From NCBI GenBank assembly GCA_937625935.1, contig OW569351.1:1-64000 (forward strand): a stretch of DNA of 64,000 nucleotides. The letters are read 5' to 3'. Below, piece after piece: positions 1-10,930 of the stretch. A program made the translations under genes and the position numbers. The notes beneath the pieces were generated by a model. That model ran no database searches. It saw only the letters and a program-made list of their open reading frames with translations, and had not been told where the DNA came from. Each line of letters starts with the position of its first letter. Position 1 is the stretch's first letter. This DNA is from Tetramitus jugosus. Lineage: Eukaryota; Protista; Heterolobosea.

Positions 1-894
1 CCAAACCCAAACCCAAACCCAAACCCAAACCCAAACCCAAAACCCAAACCCAAACCCAAACCCAAACCCAAACCCAAACCCAAACCCAAACCCAAACCCA
101 AACCCAAACCCAAACCCAAACCCAAACCCAAACCCAAACCCAAACCCAAACCCAAACCCAAACCCAAACCCAAACCCAAACCCAAACCCAAACCCAAACC
201 CAAACCCAAACCCAAACCCAAACCCAAACCCAAACCCAAACCCAAACCCAAACCCAAACCCAAACCCAAACCCAAACCCAAACCCAAACCCAAACCCAAA
301 CCCAAACCCAAACCCAAACCCAAACCCAAACCCAAACCCAAACCCAAACCCAAACCCAAACCCAAACCCAAACCCAAACCCAAACCCAAACCCAAACCCA
401 AACCCAAACCCAAACCCAAACCCAAACCCAAACCCAAACCCAAACCCAAACCCAAACCCAAACCCAAACCCAAACCCAAACCCAAACCCAAACCCAAACC
501 CAAACCCAAACCCAAACCCAAACCCAAACCCAAACCCAAACCCAAACCCAAACCCAAACCCAAACCCAAACCCAAACCCAAACCCAAACCCAAACCCAAA
601 CCCAAACCCAAACCCAAACCCAAACCCAAACCCAAACCCAAACCCAAACCCAAACCCAAACCCAAACCCAAACCCAAACCCAAACCCAAACCCAAACCCA
701 AACCCAAACCCAAACCCAAACCCAAACCCAAACCCAAACCCAAACCCAAACCCAAACCCAAACCCAAACCCAAACCCAAACCCAAACCCAAACCCAAACC
801 CAAACCCAAACCCAAACCCAAACCCAAACCCAAACCCAAACCCAAACCCAAACCCAAACCCAAACCCAAACCCAAACCCAAACCCAAACCCAAA
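1..894. repeat. Telomeric repeat (CCCAAA)n / (TTTGGG)n
   Basis: Near-perfect hexamer array from base 1, C-rich strand 5', one CCCAAAA variant near 35-41; abrupt end at 894. Confidence 0.97.
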
Positions 895-3177
895 TCAACT
901 TTCTTTTCAAAAATCAAAAATTTCATCCAAATTCAAAATAGAATCGATCTATCATCTAAAATCTTATCAAACAAGATTAATGAAAGTTCAAATCACTCAG
1001 TCCATTTCTATATCCATCTCTTGACATTCACTCCTCACTCTTTGTCGAAAACGGAAATTCTCTCATTCAATGCTCAACATCTGGATGTTTTTGAAGCAAT
1101 CTAGTGAGTTAATATATGTTGAATGAGTAATCATTCCTACTTCTCTTCAGTTATGATGGGTTGGGTCTGGGTATTCAACTCTGCATTCAAGAAAAACACA
1201 AAATTTGAGTTCTCATACTGTCAGAGTTCAAATCTCTTATAAGAAGAACTTTTGAAAAAGCTTTCCAGTCTATTACATCTATAAATCTGAATTGTCATTC
1301 AGAAAAGCTAGTAGTCTGTATTTCTGACCCGTTGGATCTTCAAGCTAGATTCAGATTTGAAACTTCACTATTTCACTGACTTACAGGATTTTAAAGCGAA
1401 AGGTCTCAATAATACATAGAATATCTGATTCTACTGTGATTCTATAATAAAAACTGCCGATTCTATTCCTAAAAACGCGAAATCAAGTCAGTCAAAATTT
1501 CAGAAACATCAAGTCATAAGACATCAAGTCAAAAAATATAGTTAGTAGGAAATCATGTTAAAAATGATCAAATAATGTCCCAATACTCTGATCTAAAACA
1601 AAGAAATCATTTGTCACTAGTACGTCTTATCTCCAGTACAGACTCAAAATCGTCTAAACTCTGTTGCAGTTTTAACACTGTTGCCGATAAAAATCTGTTA
1701 AATACAGCACAGATATATCGGCTCTACGAGCCGATAAAGCTCAAATCGAGTTGAAAACCACGCCAATCTCTTTATCTCAACCAGCTGAAGCTCCTAGAGC
1801 AATAAAAAATCTCAAAAAAAAAATTACCATATAAGGAAATCGTTTCCTTAGGTTGGGGAATCCAGGATGTATCCCCAAACCCACACCCGACTAAGACTGT
1901 CTTCGATTCTCAATTGATCCAACAGAACACGATGCGATTTTGTCCCACGTTTCTTCGATTTAGAACTGGTCTTCAAACGGTTCTTCGAAGAAGAAACAGC
2001 AGAAAAATCAAGATCGTCAACAGAATCAATACTATGGACTGGGAGAGAGGTAGCACCATCCTTAAAAAGTATTGGTCCCCAATTGGCTTCCTGCATCTTC
2101 TTAGCCACCATTCTTTTGTCTTTTGTTCTTGTGTATTCTGTAGAATCGGTTCATTGAATACGTTCGGATGAACTTCAGTAGTTGTGATTCCAACTGCGTA
2201 TGCCACCAGAATGCTGGCTCCTTTGGAGAGAAAAAGCATAAATTTCAAGTTGATGATGAACAACCTGAAGAGAAAAAGAGAAATTGATTGATATGAAGAA
2301 AGTGGATGAAAGATACAACACTGAAAAGGAGAAACTCAAAGCGAAGTTTTCCCATCTCCAAAGAGAGTCAGACTCTGACAGTGAAGATTCACTAATTATA
2401 GAACTTTCTGGTGAAGAAGATGAATAAAGGAGCAAAGTTCAAAAAAAAATTTTCTTATTTTTTTTTCAGCGCTATCAGCTATCGCTGCCAGCGCAATGAC
2501 AGCTTGGAGACCACAACAACCGTGGGTTGAGCTAGGTTTATGTCTCCCCAACCCAGCGATCCCTTTTCCCATTTTCTACTGCCTGCAGAGCAGATGGGTT
2601 CTCAATGGCCACATTCCAGTTATGTGGATCAGAACGCTGTTTTGTTCAACAACTAAAATACAATTTTCCTTTATTTCTTCTCGTCTGGATATCGAACAAA
2701 AGTTCATGTGGTTTGTTTTGTTTGTTTGTGAAAAAAAATTTTTATGTCATTTGGACGGCCATAAAACATTTTCATGTCAAGTCTCCTACACAAAAATTTT
2801 ATTTTTTTATGTCAAACTCAGGTCACTCATACATATGTGACAAGCATCGGAAAAGATTGGAAGGACAACGAAACGACGAAAGAACCGTTACTTTATTTGT
2901 TGAAGGGATTTAGGATCAAGTCCATCTTTTCGCGGAACACTATCAATATATGATGTTGTGATGATGCCGGAGATTTTCGCGTTATAATTTTCCGTCCCGA
3001 AACAGAAGATGATTTTCTCCGATTATTTAGCGCTTCACAATTTTGTCTAAATGAGTGATTACTGAACACAACATTCGTTAAGTACCTTGTATTTCTCTGC
3101 CATTGTAATACTAGTGAACTCCAGTTTGGACGATTTTCGGTAAATTTGAAAGATACAATCAAGCGAGTATCAACAGT

Positions 3178-3444
3178 GGGAGCGTCCAGATATTATTTCT
3201 TACGGCCCCCTAGGGATGAGGCCCAAAGAGAGACGGTGCTGGTAGCGGCGACTGGGTTCCAGTCACCAAACTCGGTAGATTGGTCAAGGACGGTCTGAGA
3301 AATTTATTCATGGGGGTCTCTTGATCCCAATCCTAGTAGGAGAATTAATGAAACGTTCGAATTTACAGGAAAATGTGTTATTCAAATTTGTTCAAAACAG
3401 GCAGGGATGTTGATCAGAGGTGAATATAATATCTGGACGCTCCC
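3178..3444. mobile_element. MITE copy 1 (19-bp TIR, PIF/Harbinger-like) carrying an RPS2 fragment
   Basis: GGGAGCGTCCAGATATTAT at 3178 and its reverse complement ending at 3444; flanks AGT/ATT (imperfect 3-bp TSD); homologous to 44564-44771 in inverted orientation. Confidence 0.9.
3217..3294 (+). pseudogene. RPS2: Captured fragment of 40S ribosomal protein S2 (uS5) CDS
   Basis: Translates GPKRDGAGSGDWVPVTKLGRLVKDG, matching the conserved uS5 WxPVTKLGRLVK motif; absent from the second MITE copy. Confidence 0.88.
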
Positions 3445-3610
3445 ATTGTGTTGTTTGTGGATGGTCCGCACGAAAAGCTGGAACTCCAAAAGACCAGATC
3501 AAAAGGACAATGGTCAAGACAAAGTGTACGAAATGCAACAGGTCGATGTGCGAATCCTGTTTCTCCTCCTTGCAAACATGGCGAGTTTGTCCTCGAACAA
3601 ATAAACATCG
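3445..3610 (+). pseudogene. Cys-rich zinc-finger remnant interrupted by the MITE
   Basis: CVVC-x-KTKCTKCNRSMCESCF spacing; no intact upstream frame. Confidence 0.4.
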
Positions 3611-4084
3611 TTTAATTGTAAACAAACACTCGAAATTTGACCAGTCACTCCGACAACCTTTTTTGTGCTTCTGTTTTTGGGCAAATTTATGGTCACCGGA
3701 ATTGCGACAACGCAATACTGCACACTATTATAACAACAACAACATCTCACTCACCACTCCAGCACCCCATAGTTACCCAAACCCAGGCTGAAATGATCAT
3801 TTGGATTTCTGTCAACCAGACCAGATGTTTGATACGTTGATTTGATGCTTCTTCAACAAGTTGAACACTTCAATCTCTTCACGAGAATACGACTCCTTGT
3901 CTGTACCTTGGCTCTGTACTCGATGACAACAATGCTCTACAACACAACGCATCGGTGTTGTATGGGTGATGTTCCAATGCAATATTGTAATCATGCAAGG
4001 AATTTAATATAGGGTATTTCACATCAATAACAAGAGAATCCTTGTGGTACCGCATCACCATTGGACGTGAACCAAAATGCACAA

Positions 4085-5440
4085 TCATCTTCCAGTTATA
4101 ATATCAACATTCGTCCATACCATTTTAGTAGTGTATGCGAACAGCCGAGGAAATGCCGTGACAGCTGTGACAACACTAGGATCACTGGTCGTATAAAATA
4201 CGATTCGATTGGCAGCACAAGAGGTCCTCATGGATTTGATCAAGTCTGGTCCAGACCGTTTGAATCCTCTCTCAAAGAGTGTGTTCGGTATAGTTTTGAG
4301 CTCAGATGTCATAATACCACACTCAAACTGATCTACATTGTAGACAATGGATTCATTGCTGAAGACACCATTGTTGGTGTGCACAATTACTCTTGATTCA
4401 TACGAGGAAATATGAGTCACAAAAGTCATGGGCAATCGATTGATCCCTTCAAGTTGAATGAGGAACGGAATATTGTTGTATTGATTACCGGACAGATCAA
4501 CCCCACATATTAAAATAATTTGGCTCTCTGTGACAAAGATGGAGTGATTGCAAGCGCAGTGTGCAATCACAACTTTTTCTTTGATAGTATCCAATGGAAC
4601 CAGATCTCTCACTGTTTCGCTAATACCAAGCTTTTTATGGTTGGATTGTTCACCACAGACATACACTCGTCCATCCTCATCCAACATAACCGCATGAAAG
4701 AACGCTCCACTCATACTAACAATTCTCCTGTCCGACTCGTATGACAGTGGCAAATAGTTTTCTGATCCACCAAGAAAATACCAAAGTGTTTGACCCACGG
4801 CAAATAAACGATTCTTGCTCGTGTAAATCAGAGAGCATCTATAACAAAGCGCTACCAACACTGGATACTCATCTTCATCTAGAAACGTAGCAATACGTGT
4901 CAGTGAATCCATTGATCGTGGTAAAGTCTGACCTGTCAGTCCATAATTATTCTCTCCAATCGCAAACAACTCATTCTCTGTGGAGAACAAGAACAGAGTA
5001 TCATGTCCACCCACAATATCTGTAAACAACTTGTCTCCTTCAAATCCACCAGCGTCAAACAGAAACAACTCTGATTCTGCCACTGATGATGTTGAAAAAC
5101 AAGTGAGATCCAGTCCACCGATACGCCCAATGCCATACACTCTGCCACTCCAACCGAGAATGAATGTGACTTCACATGCCGCACAAACTTTTTTGATTCC
5201 ACCAAGGATCGTGTAACTCGCACAAGTATTTGATCCTTCCTCAAAAGTGAAAACTTGACCAAACCCGTCCATCTTGTTTTTTGTCCTGCCCAGTTCACAC
5301 TGTTTTTCCTGGCAAACTCTGTCCAGAAAGCTTTCAGAAATTGAAACTTCAATTTGGTCGTCAGCCTCAACTTCCATAAAACCAATCGAATAAGAACACT
5401 GATCACATGTCCTGTGAAAGTCCTTGGCACCAATGAGCAT
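4085..5440 (-). CDS. RCC1/BLIP-II-like repeat protein
   Basis: 451-aa ORF with RCC1-type motifs (LFAIGENNYGLTG, FHAVMLDEDGRVYVCG, ACNHSIFVT). Confidence 0.75.
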   Translation of the reverse strand: MLIGAKDFHRTCDQCSYSIGFMEVEADDQIEVSISESFLDRVCQEKQCELGRTKNKMDGFGQVFTFEEGSNTCASYTILGGIKKVCAACEVTFILGWSGRVYGIGRIGGLDLTCFSTSSVAESELFLFDAGGFEGDKLFTDIVGGHDTLFLFSTENELFAIGENNYGLTGQTLPRSMDSLTRIATFLDEDEYPVLVALCYRCSLIYTSKNRLFAVGQTLWYFLGGSENYLPLSYESDRRIVSMSGAFFHAVMLDEDGRVYVCGEQSNHKKLGISETVRDLVPLDTIKEKVVIAHCACNHSIFVTESQIILICGVDLSGNQYNNIPFLIQLEGINRLPMTFVTHISSYESRVIVHTNNGVFSNESIVYNVDQFECGIMTSELKTIPNTLFERGFKRSGPDLIKSMRTSCAANRIVFYTTSDPSVVTAVTAFPRLFAYTTKMVWTNVDIITGR

Positions 5441-5587
5441 TCGTTATGAGCAGCACCATCTGGCGAATGTTCAATTCTTATTTATGGTATTGCGCATGCT
5501 GAAAATGAAGTTGTAGCTCAAAGATTACACTACGCACAGCAACCAGGATCAACCACCAAATCATTCCCAAAAAAACCAAAGAAAGTG

Positions 5588-6961
5588 ATGCGTGTTGAAA
5601 ACAAGAACAGATTTTGGAATCCAACTATCAAGCGATCCAATGAAAGAGCTATGTGTGGAGGTCATATGACGAAGAAGGAAGGGACCGAAGTTTTTTCTGC
5701 GCTTTGTGAGGATGTTTGGTCAAAAATCGTTGAGTTTTGCGACACTCGCGAATGGTTGCAACTGAGTTACACTTGCAAAGGAATCAATCAATTCAAATAC
5801 AATCGATTGATCATGTTCAACAAGAAGAGAACACTGAAACATACTTTGGATGGGCATGATATTCGACACTGTTTTCAATTGGCAAAAGGAACACTGTTTA
5901 ATGTAAGCTTCCGGTTGCATAGACATGTAACGGATAAGCACTTTCATTTTCTGGAAGGCATTCACACACTCGATATGAGTTACTGTGGTCAAATCACAGA
6001 CATTGTGTTTCCTCATTTGACTGGTATTCATGCACTTAACATGAGTGGGTGCAAGAAAATCTCAGACGAGGCGTTTCCACATTTGACTGGCATTCACACA
6101 CTCAAAGTGAATGGTTGCAGGAAAATTACAGACAAAGCGTTCTCTCATTTAACTGGAATTCACACACTTGATATGAGTTATTGTGATCAAATTACGGTCA
6201 ATGTGTTTCCTCATTTAGCTGGTATCCACACATTGGATATAAGTGGGTGCAGTGAAATCACTGACAACGCATTTCCTCATTTGATTGGCATCCATACACT
6301 CAAGATGGAGGATTGTAATCAACTTAGGGATACTGCTTTTCCTCATTTGACGGGTATTCATACATTGAATATGAATGGTTGCACTCGAGTCACTGACAAT
6401 GCATTTGTTCATTTGGTTGGCATCCATACACTCGAGATGAGTCGTTGTCCTCAAATCACTGACAACGCATTTCCTTATTTGACTGGTATTCACACGCTTA
6501 ATATGGGTCATTGCAGTCAAAGCACGATCACCGACAAGGCTTTTTCTCATTTGGCTGGTATTCACACACTGTCGATGTTTTCCTGTAATCAAGAAACCAT
6601 CACAGACGATGCCTTTCACAACTTGAAAGGAATTCATACGCTCAACATGAGTGGTTGTACTCACATCACTGACAATGCATTTGTTCATTTGGCTGGCATT
6701 CATACACTCGATATTAGCCGCTGCCCTCAAATCACTGACAACGCATTTCCTTTTTTGACTTATATTCACACACTCCATATGAATGGATGTGATCAAGAAT
6801 CCATCACAGAGAAGGCATTATTTTATTTGAAGGGCATCCACACACTTGCTTGGTCTGGTCATAAACGAGACAATGCTTTCGTCAAAAAGGTGGTTGACCA
6901 TTTTAAATCAAGCCCAACAACTCTGACTGGCATGATTAATCGTCATTGGCCTTTAAAATGA
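5588..6961 (+). CDS. F-box-like/LRR protein (13 LRRs plus cap)
   Basis: N-terminal LCEDVWSKIVEFC..LQLSYTCK F-box-like motif; 25/27-aa repeats GIHTLxMSxCxxITDxAFxHL; start codon uncertain (5588, 5651 or 5666). Confidence 0.88.
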   Translation: MRVENKNRFWNPTIKRSNERAMCGGHMTKKEGTEVFSALCEDVWSKIVEFCDTREWLQLSYTCKGINQFKYNRLIMFNKKRTLKHTLDGHDIRHCFQLAKGTLFNVSFRLHRHVTDKHFHFLEGIHTLDMSYCGQITDIVFPHLTGIHALNMSGCKKISDEAFPHLTGIHTLKVNGCRKITDKAFSHLTGIHTLDMSYCDQITVNVFPHLAGIHTLDISGCSEITDNAFPHLIGIHTLKMEDCNQLRDTAFPHLTGIHTLNMNGCTRVTDNAFVHLVGIHTLEMSRCPQITDNAFPYLTGIHTLNMGHCSQSTITDKAFSHLAGIHTLSMFSCNQETITDDAFHNLKGIHTLNMSGCTHITDNAFVHLAGIHTLDISRCPQITDNAFPFLTYIHTLHMNGCDQESITEKALFYLKGIHTLAWSGHKRDNAFVKKVVDHFKSSPTTLTGMINRHWPLK

Positions 6962-7108
6962 TTATGAAACATCATTCGATGCACAATCTGATCATACCAA
7001 AGGATCCATTCCAAACGTATTGAGAACCTATATCTCATGTATTGATCGATTTGATGGATTTCACTCGTCAACACTTTCTGGGTGTCCCTGTGTCATTTTA
7101 GTGAGAGC

Positions 7109-7903
7109 TTAACACAAGATACACCTCTTTTCTGTTTCGACACTTGGGGAATTGTTCAAATGGAGACCTAATAGAGAACTTTTGGCCATGATGTCATAAA
7201 AATCTCTTCCCAGGTTGTGACCTGTGAGCGCACTTGTTTCAATGTACAAGAGACAGTTATTATGCTTGGCCATCGCTTCACCCTCCTCTCCCGTTATGAA
7301 CTCCAGCTTCTTTGCTCTAAGGGTCGCTAGCATATCCGGAGAAGATCTCAAATCGACTTTGGTACCCACGAGCACAACTACTGCTCGAGGGCAGTAATGA
7401 ACTATTTCAGGCAACCACTTGGTCATTACATTTTCAAAACTGCTAATGTTGATCACAGAGAAACACAATAGTACAACATTTGCACAGGGATAGCTGAGTG
7501 GTCTTAGTATGTCATAGTCATAAGATCCGGCAGTGTCCCAAAAACTAATCGTTCTTTTACCATACCAATCGAAGATGGATGTATTGTTGTCGTACACAGT
7601 CGGAACATACTCTTGTGGAAATTCGCCTGATATGGTTCGCATCAACAGGGTAGTCTTTCCTGTGGCTCCATCTCCAACGACAACAACTTTGATATTACCT
7701 TGAGTATTCAAGTTATAGTAAGACTCTGGAAGATACGGTCCGGTATAGTTCGGATCATAGGCCCCAAAGAATTGTTCGTGAGCCTTCTGCGATTTGAGCT
7801 TGCGGTAGAATCTGTTCAATTTGTCCAGGCCATAGTATCTATGAGGGAGGTTGATCAAAACAGGTGGCTTTGATTGGATTGATTCAATTCGTTTGGAAAC
7901 CAT
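7109..7903 (-). CDS. Rho/Rac-family GTPase with N-terminal extension
   Basis: GDGATGKT, YVPTVYDN, WDTAGS, LRPLSYP, GTKVDL, ETSA, C-terminal CILC; first ATG at 7903. Confidence 0.9.
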   Translation of the reverse strand: MVSKRIESIQSKPPVLINLPHRYYGLDKLNRFYRKLKSQKAHEQFFGAYDPNYTGPYLPESYYNLNTQGNIKVVVVGDGATGKTTLLMRTISGEFPQEYVPTVYDNNTSIFDWYGKRTISFWDTAGSYDYDILRPLSYPCANVVLLCFSVINISSFENVMTKWLPEIVHYCPRAVVVLVGTKVDLRSSPDMLATLRAKKLEFITGEEGEAMAKHNNCLLYIETSALTGHNLGRDFYDIMAKSSLLGLHLNNSPSVETEKRCILC

Positions 7904-8139
7904 TTTATGAGTGTTTGCAATTTTGTTTCTCGTTGTTCCAGCCAAGTTCAGGAAACAATTGCTCCGCCAATGTGACCGGACAATCAGATGGGTGAAGGAT
8001 TGACATTTCCAGTTTTAATTTAATTCACAGATTTGGTTCAATCCCATATCTCAGAAAGTTTTCCAAAGAATTAGATCCCAGAAATTGTCTGCTGTCTCCC
8101 ATAAAATAATTAGTTCTCTGTGATCGATAGAACAACACT

Positions 8140-9705
8140 TTATGTGAGCCATGCCATAACTTGTCTTCTAGTGAAACTAGTGTTTGTGCACACTGTGTCA
8201 TCTAGTTTGCCCTTTTTAAGTTCATATTGATCAAAGTAATTCCATATCCAATTGGAGCATTCTGTTCTGAGTGCTGTCCTCTGGCCTTGATCCGACAAAC
8301 TACCCACTTTGGATAATATGACTGGTTTGGCCGATGAAACAAGTAAATGAGACTTGCCAGACAGCTTGCCAATAAGGAAATTGAGGGAAATATCATCACA
8401 ATGTGCCTCTTGGTTGTCTACATACGACCTCAGTCGCTCGTGCTTTGGTGATGCGAATTCCTCAAGATACTTTGCGTGGAAGAAGCACTTGACAGGCAAG
8501 ATGATATTATAATCATCATTGGTTCCAGAAAGATACTGACCATTTTGGTATAAACGACCAATAGCTCCCACCATCACATCCTGATTCTCTTGCCATTTTT
8601 TGAACAAACATGACAATTGATTCAAATCTAGCAGATTATCATCGTCAACCACAGCCAACGCCTGTGTTTCAATATTGTTCCTTGGCTTGAACCGATTGTT
8701 TAATGAATTGACCTTTGCCAGCTCAAAATGGATTCTTGATTTCTCAAACTCATTGAATCCAAAGTGAGACAACGATACGGGATGTTTCACATTGTTCCAT
8801 ATGAAAATGACTCTATGTAAAGAAGGATGAGATATGTAAGTGGACACAATCTTGTGAATAGGCTTGGTTCTAGATGGATGATACCCCAGTATCACAAGGG
8901 TAAACATGTTGAACTTGATGCGCCAAGTTTTGATAAAAGTCAAGCTCACGGAAGAAGCATCATAGATTGAATGAATAAAACCCAATTGCTCTCCTCTGGC
9001 TATCACTTTGTTCATCTGATCTATAAATTCGTTTGTTGGCACACCTCCAATCGATTCTGCTCTGGTGTCTAGCGACAATTCCACAGGAGAATGAGAACTT
9101 GCATTCATAACACGTGAAATGTCCAATAGCAGTTGACCCAATGGGTGTTTACTATTGCGTGTATTCTTGGTGGTGAACAAATATCCCTCATAGTACTTGT
9201 TTAACCGATCAATTGTAAATTGATTGCAGCGGGTATTTGATCCAAGTCCTGCCTTTGAGTTTTGTGCAAAACCTTGTGACAAGTGACACTTGACATTTTG
9301 TTTTGCACTAGTAATTGTGAGAATTTTGTTTCTGATAGCTGAATCGCTATTCATGACGTGATAGTCATTATCCCATAACAAGCTCCTATTGATGTCTCCA
9401 AAAACATCATTCTGGTCAAAACCGAACAAACTTCCATTCAGAAGCAAAAAGGATAACACAGCGAAACTAAAGAGAGAAAACAGTAGAATGTAAAGTGTTT
9501 TTCCTCTGCTAGTCAGTGCATTATGTGCAGAAAACAACAATTGTGGAATGTTGTTTCTTGTGGTCCAAGGTTTCGAATTGTGTTGAATATCAATCAAATC
9601 GTGGTGCAATGAGTTGTTGTTGCTGTTGTGGTGCTGCAAGACATCAAGAACGTGGTTGGAAGAGCGATCGTCCTCATCACGAGAACACGTTGATTTCCTC
9701 ATCAT
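8140..9705 (-). CDS. Glycosyltransferase family 64 (EXTL2/EXT C-terminal-like), type II membrane protein
   Basis: TM helix, then IFIWNN, NSLNNRFKP, VDDD, CDDISLNFL, R..C motifs; likely ATG at 9705. Confidence 0.85.
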   Translation of the reverse strand: MMRKSTCSRDEDDRSSNHVLDVLQHHNSNNNSLHHDLIDIQHNSKPWTTRNNIPQLLFSAHNALTSRGKTLYILLFSLFSFAVLSFLLLNGSLFGFDQNDVFGDINRSLLWDNDYHVMNSDSAIRNKILTITSAKQNVKCHLSQGFAQNSKAGLGSNTRCNQFTIDRLNKYYEGYLFTTKNTRNSKHPLGQLLLDISRVMNASSHSPVELSLDTRAESIGGVPTNEFIDQMNKVIARGEQLGFIHSIYDASSVSLTFIKTWRIKFNMFTLVILGYHPSRTKPIHKIVSTYISHPSLHRVIFIWNNVKHPVSLSHFGFNEFEKSRIHFELAKVNSLNNRFKPRNNIETQALAVVDDDNLLDLNQLSCLFKKWQENQDVMVGAIGRLYQNGQYLSGTNDDYNIILPVKCFFHAKYLEEFASPKHERLRSYVDNQEAHCDDISLNFLIGKLSGKSHLLVSSAKPVILSKVGSLSDQGQRTALRTECSNWIWNYFDQYELKKGKLDDTVCTNTSFTRRQVMAWLT

Positions 9706-10159
9706 AATTTTCTTTGGTGCATGAATTTTGAGAGGCAACAGAATCTTCCAACAGTTCTTCAACAAGGTCTCCTCCGCGAAAAACTGTTCAGGAAAAAGTC
9801 GCAGATACTGAAAAAACCTCCGAGGACCGAAGGTTTGAGCTGAACTTTTTGAAACCTTTTCTTCACATTGCACCATCCTGAGCGATACATTGGAGTAAAA
9901 ATTGAACTATATAAAATCTTCAATCCGTTCAATTCCTCAATAGTTCTTGATACAAAATTTCCCAAAGATGGTTACCGGCATCAATGATGGTATCATCTCG
10001 CTACTTTGAGTGAAACTTCCTGAAACCGTCCTTTCCATTGGACATTCATTCATCAGTCTTGTTTTTCTCTGATCTCTCAATTCACTTCACACGACAACAA
10101 ACACCAACGAAAGTAAGAATCAACTCAACCACAAATCAACAGAACATTCGAGTCTATCC

Positions 10160-10791
10160 ATGGACCAGTAAGTATCTTGTAGTTTAATGAAAGTGGGTCT
10201 TAACAACACATCATCGCTGAAATGGGAAGCTCGAAAACCTTTGACTCAGGATTAGATTACGACTTGGTGCGTAATCAATCATGGTTCACTCATTGAAACA
10301 CTCTTCACAATTGTTTTGTCAGTTTGTTAACAGTAAATTGTCGCAAAATAGAACCATCAAAAATCCAAATGAAACACAAAGAGAAACCAAACGATTTTGA
10401 AGAGTACGACGGCAATGTATTTGAAATAAATTTCGATCCTTCTCGATGGTCAACTGGATTGCATCTCTTGGCAGGAAATCTATGGCCAAAAAATTCGTTT
10501 ACTCTCAAGAGCAGTCAGAACAATCAATTTTTGGCAGAGGTGTTGCATTTTTTGGGTTTGAGGTACAATCGACACACCAGATCCATTCAATTTTCTTCGC
10601 AAGGAAAAAGTAGAATCAACCGCACAATCCTACGGACATTGGTGTTTGGAACTGGAACTCTACTGCTACTGATTGGTTATGTCATGTATCGATATCTTTA
10701 TCTGAAGAGAAGATATAGTCGTATGGATCGAGTAGACATTGCCATGAGAAATCGGTTCTCATACTTAGCTCCTCCTTCTCAATACTCGTGA
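10160..10791 (+). CDS. Small single-pass membrane protein, 3 exons (10160-10167, 10250-10266, 10334-10791)
   Basis: GTAAGT..CAG and GTGCGT..CAG introns give in-frame MDQIRLRLVNCRKIE; C-terminal TM segment. Confidence 0.55.
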
Positions 10792-10930
10792 TTGATTCAT
10801 CTGAGCGCTTGTCGTCAACTGATCTGGAACAAATATGGCGCCAAGGAAAAATTACGAACATGGTGTTCGATAATAATCTCCGCTGTCAGCGGTCTTCCAT
10901 TCCAACAACAAACAAAAAAACGCCACAAAA

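Noticed and set aside
1716-1800. Helitron 3' end
   Set aside because: The hairpin is not followed closely by CTRR and no Rep/helicase remnant is visible.
2500-3790. Possible CAGC.TGG terminal inverted repeats with AATGA flanks
   Set aside because: Only about 7 of 8 bases match and the putative TSD is offset; compatible with chance.
5950-6860. Regular 75-bp repeats as a CRISPR-like array
   Set aside because: They are in-frame LRR coding repeats with no repeat-spacer structure.
5440-7100. TIRs around the first F-box/LRR gene
   Set aside because: The 36-bp TIR is absent from both flanks; only a 12-bp downstream motif CGTATTGAGAAC is shared.
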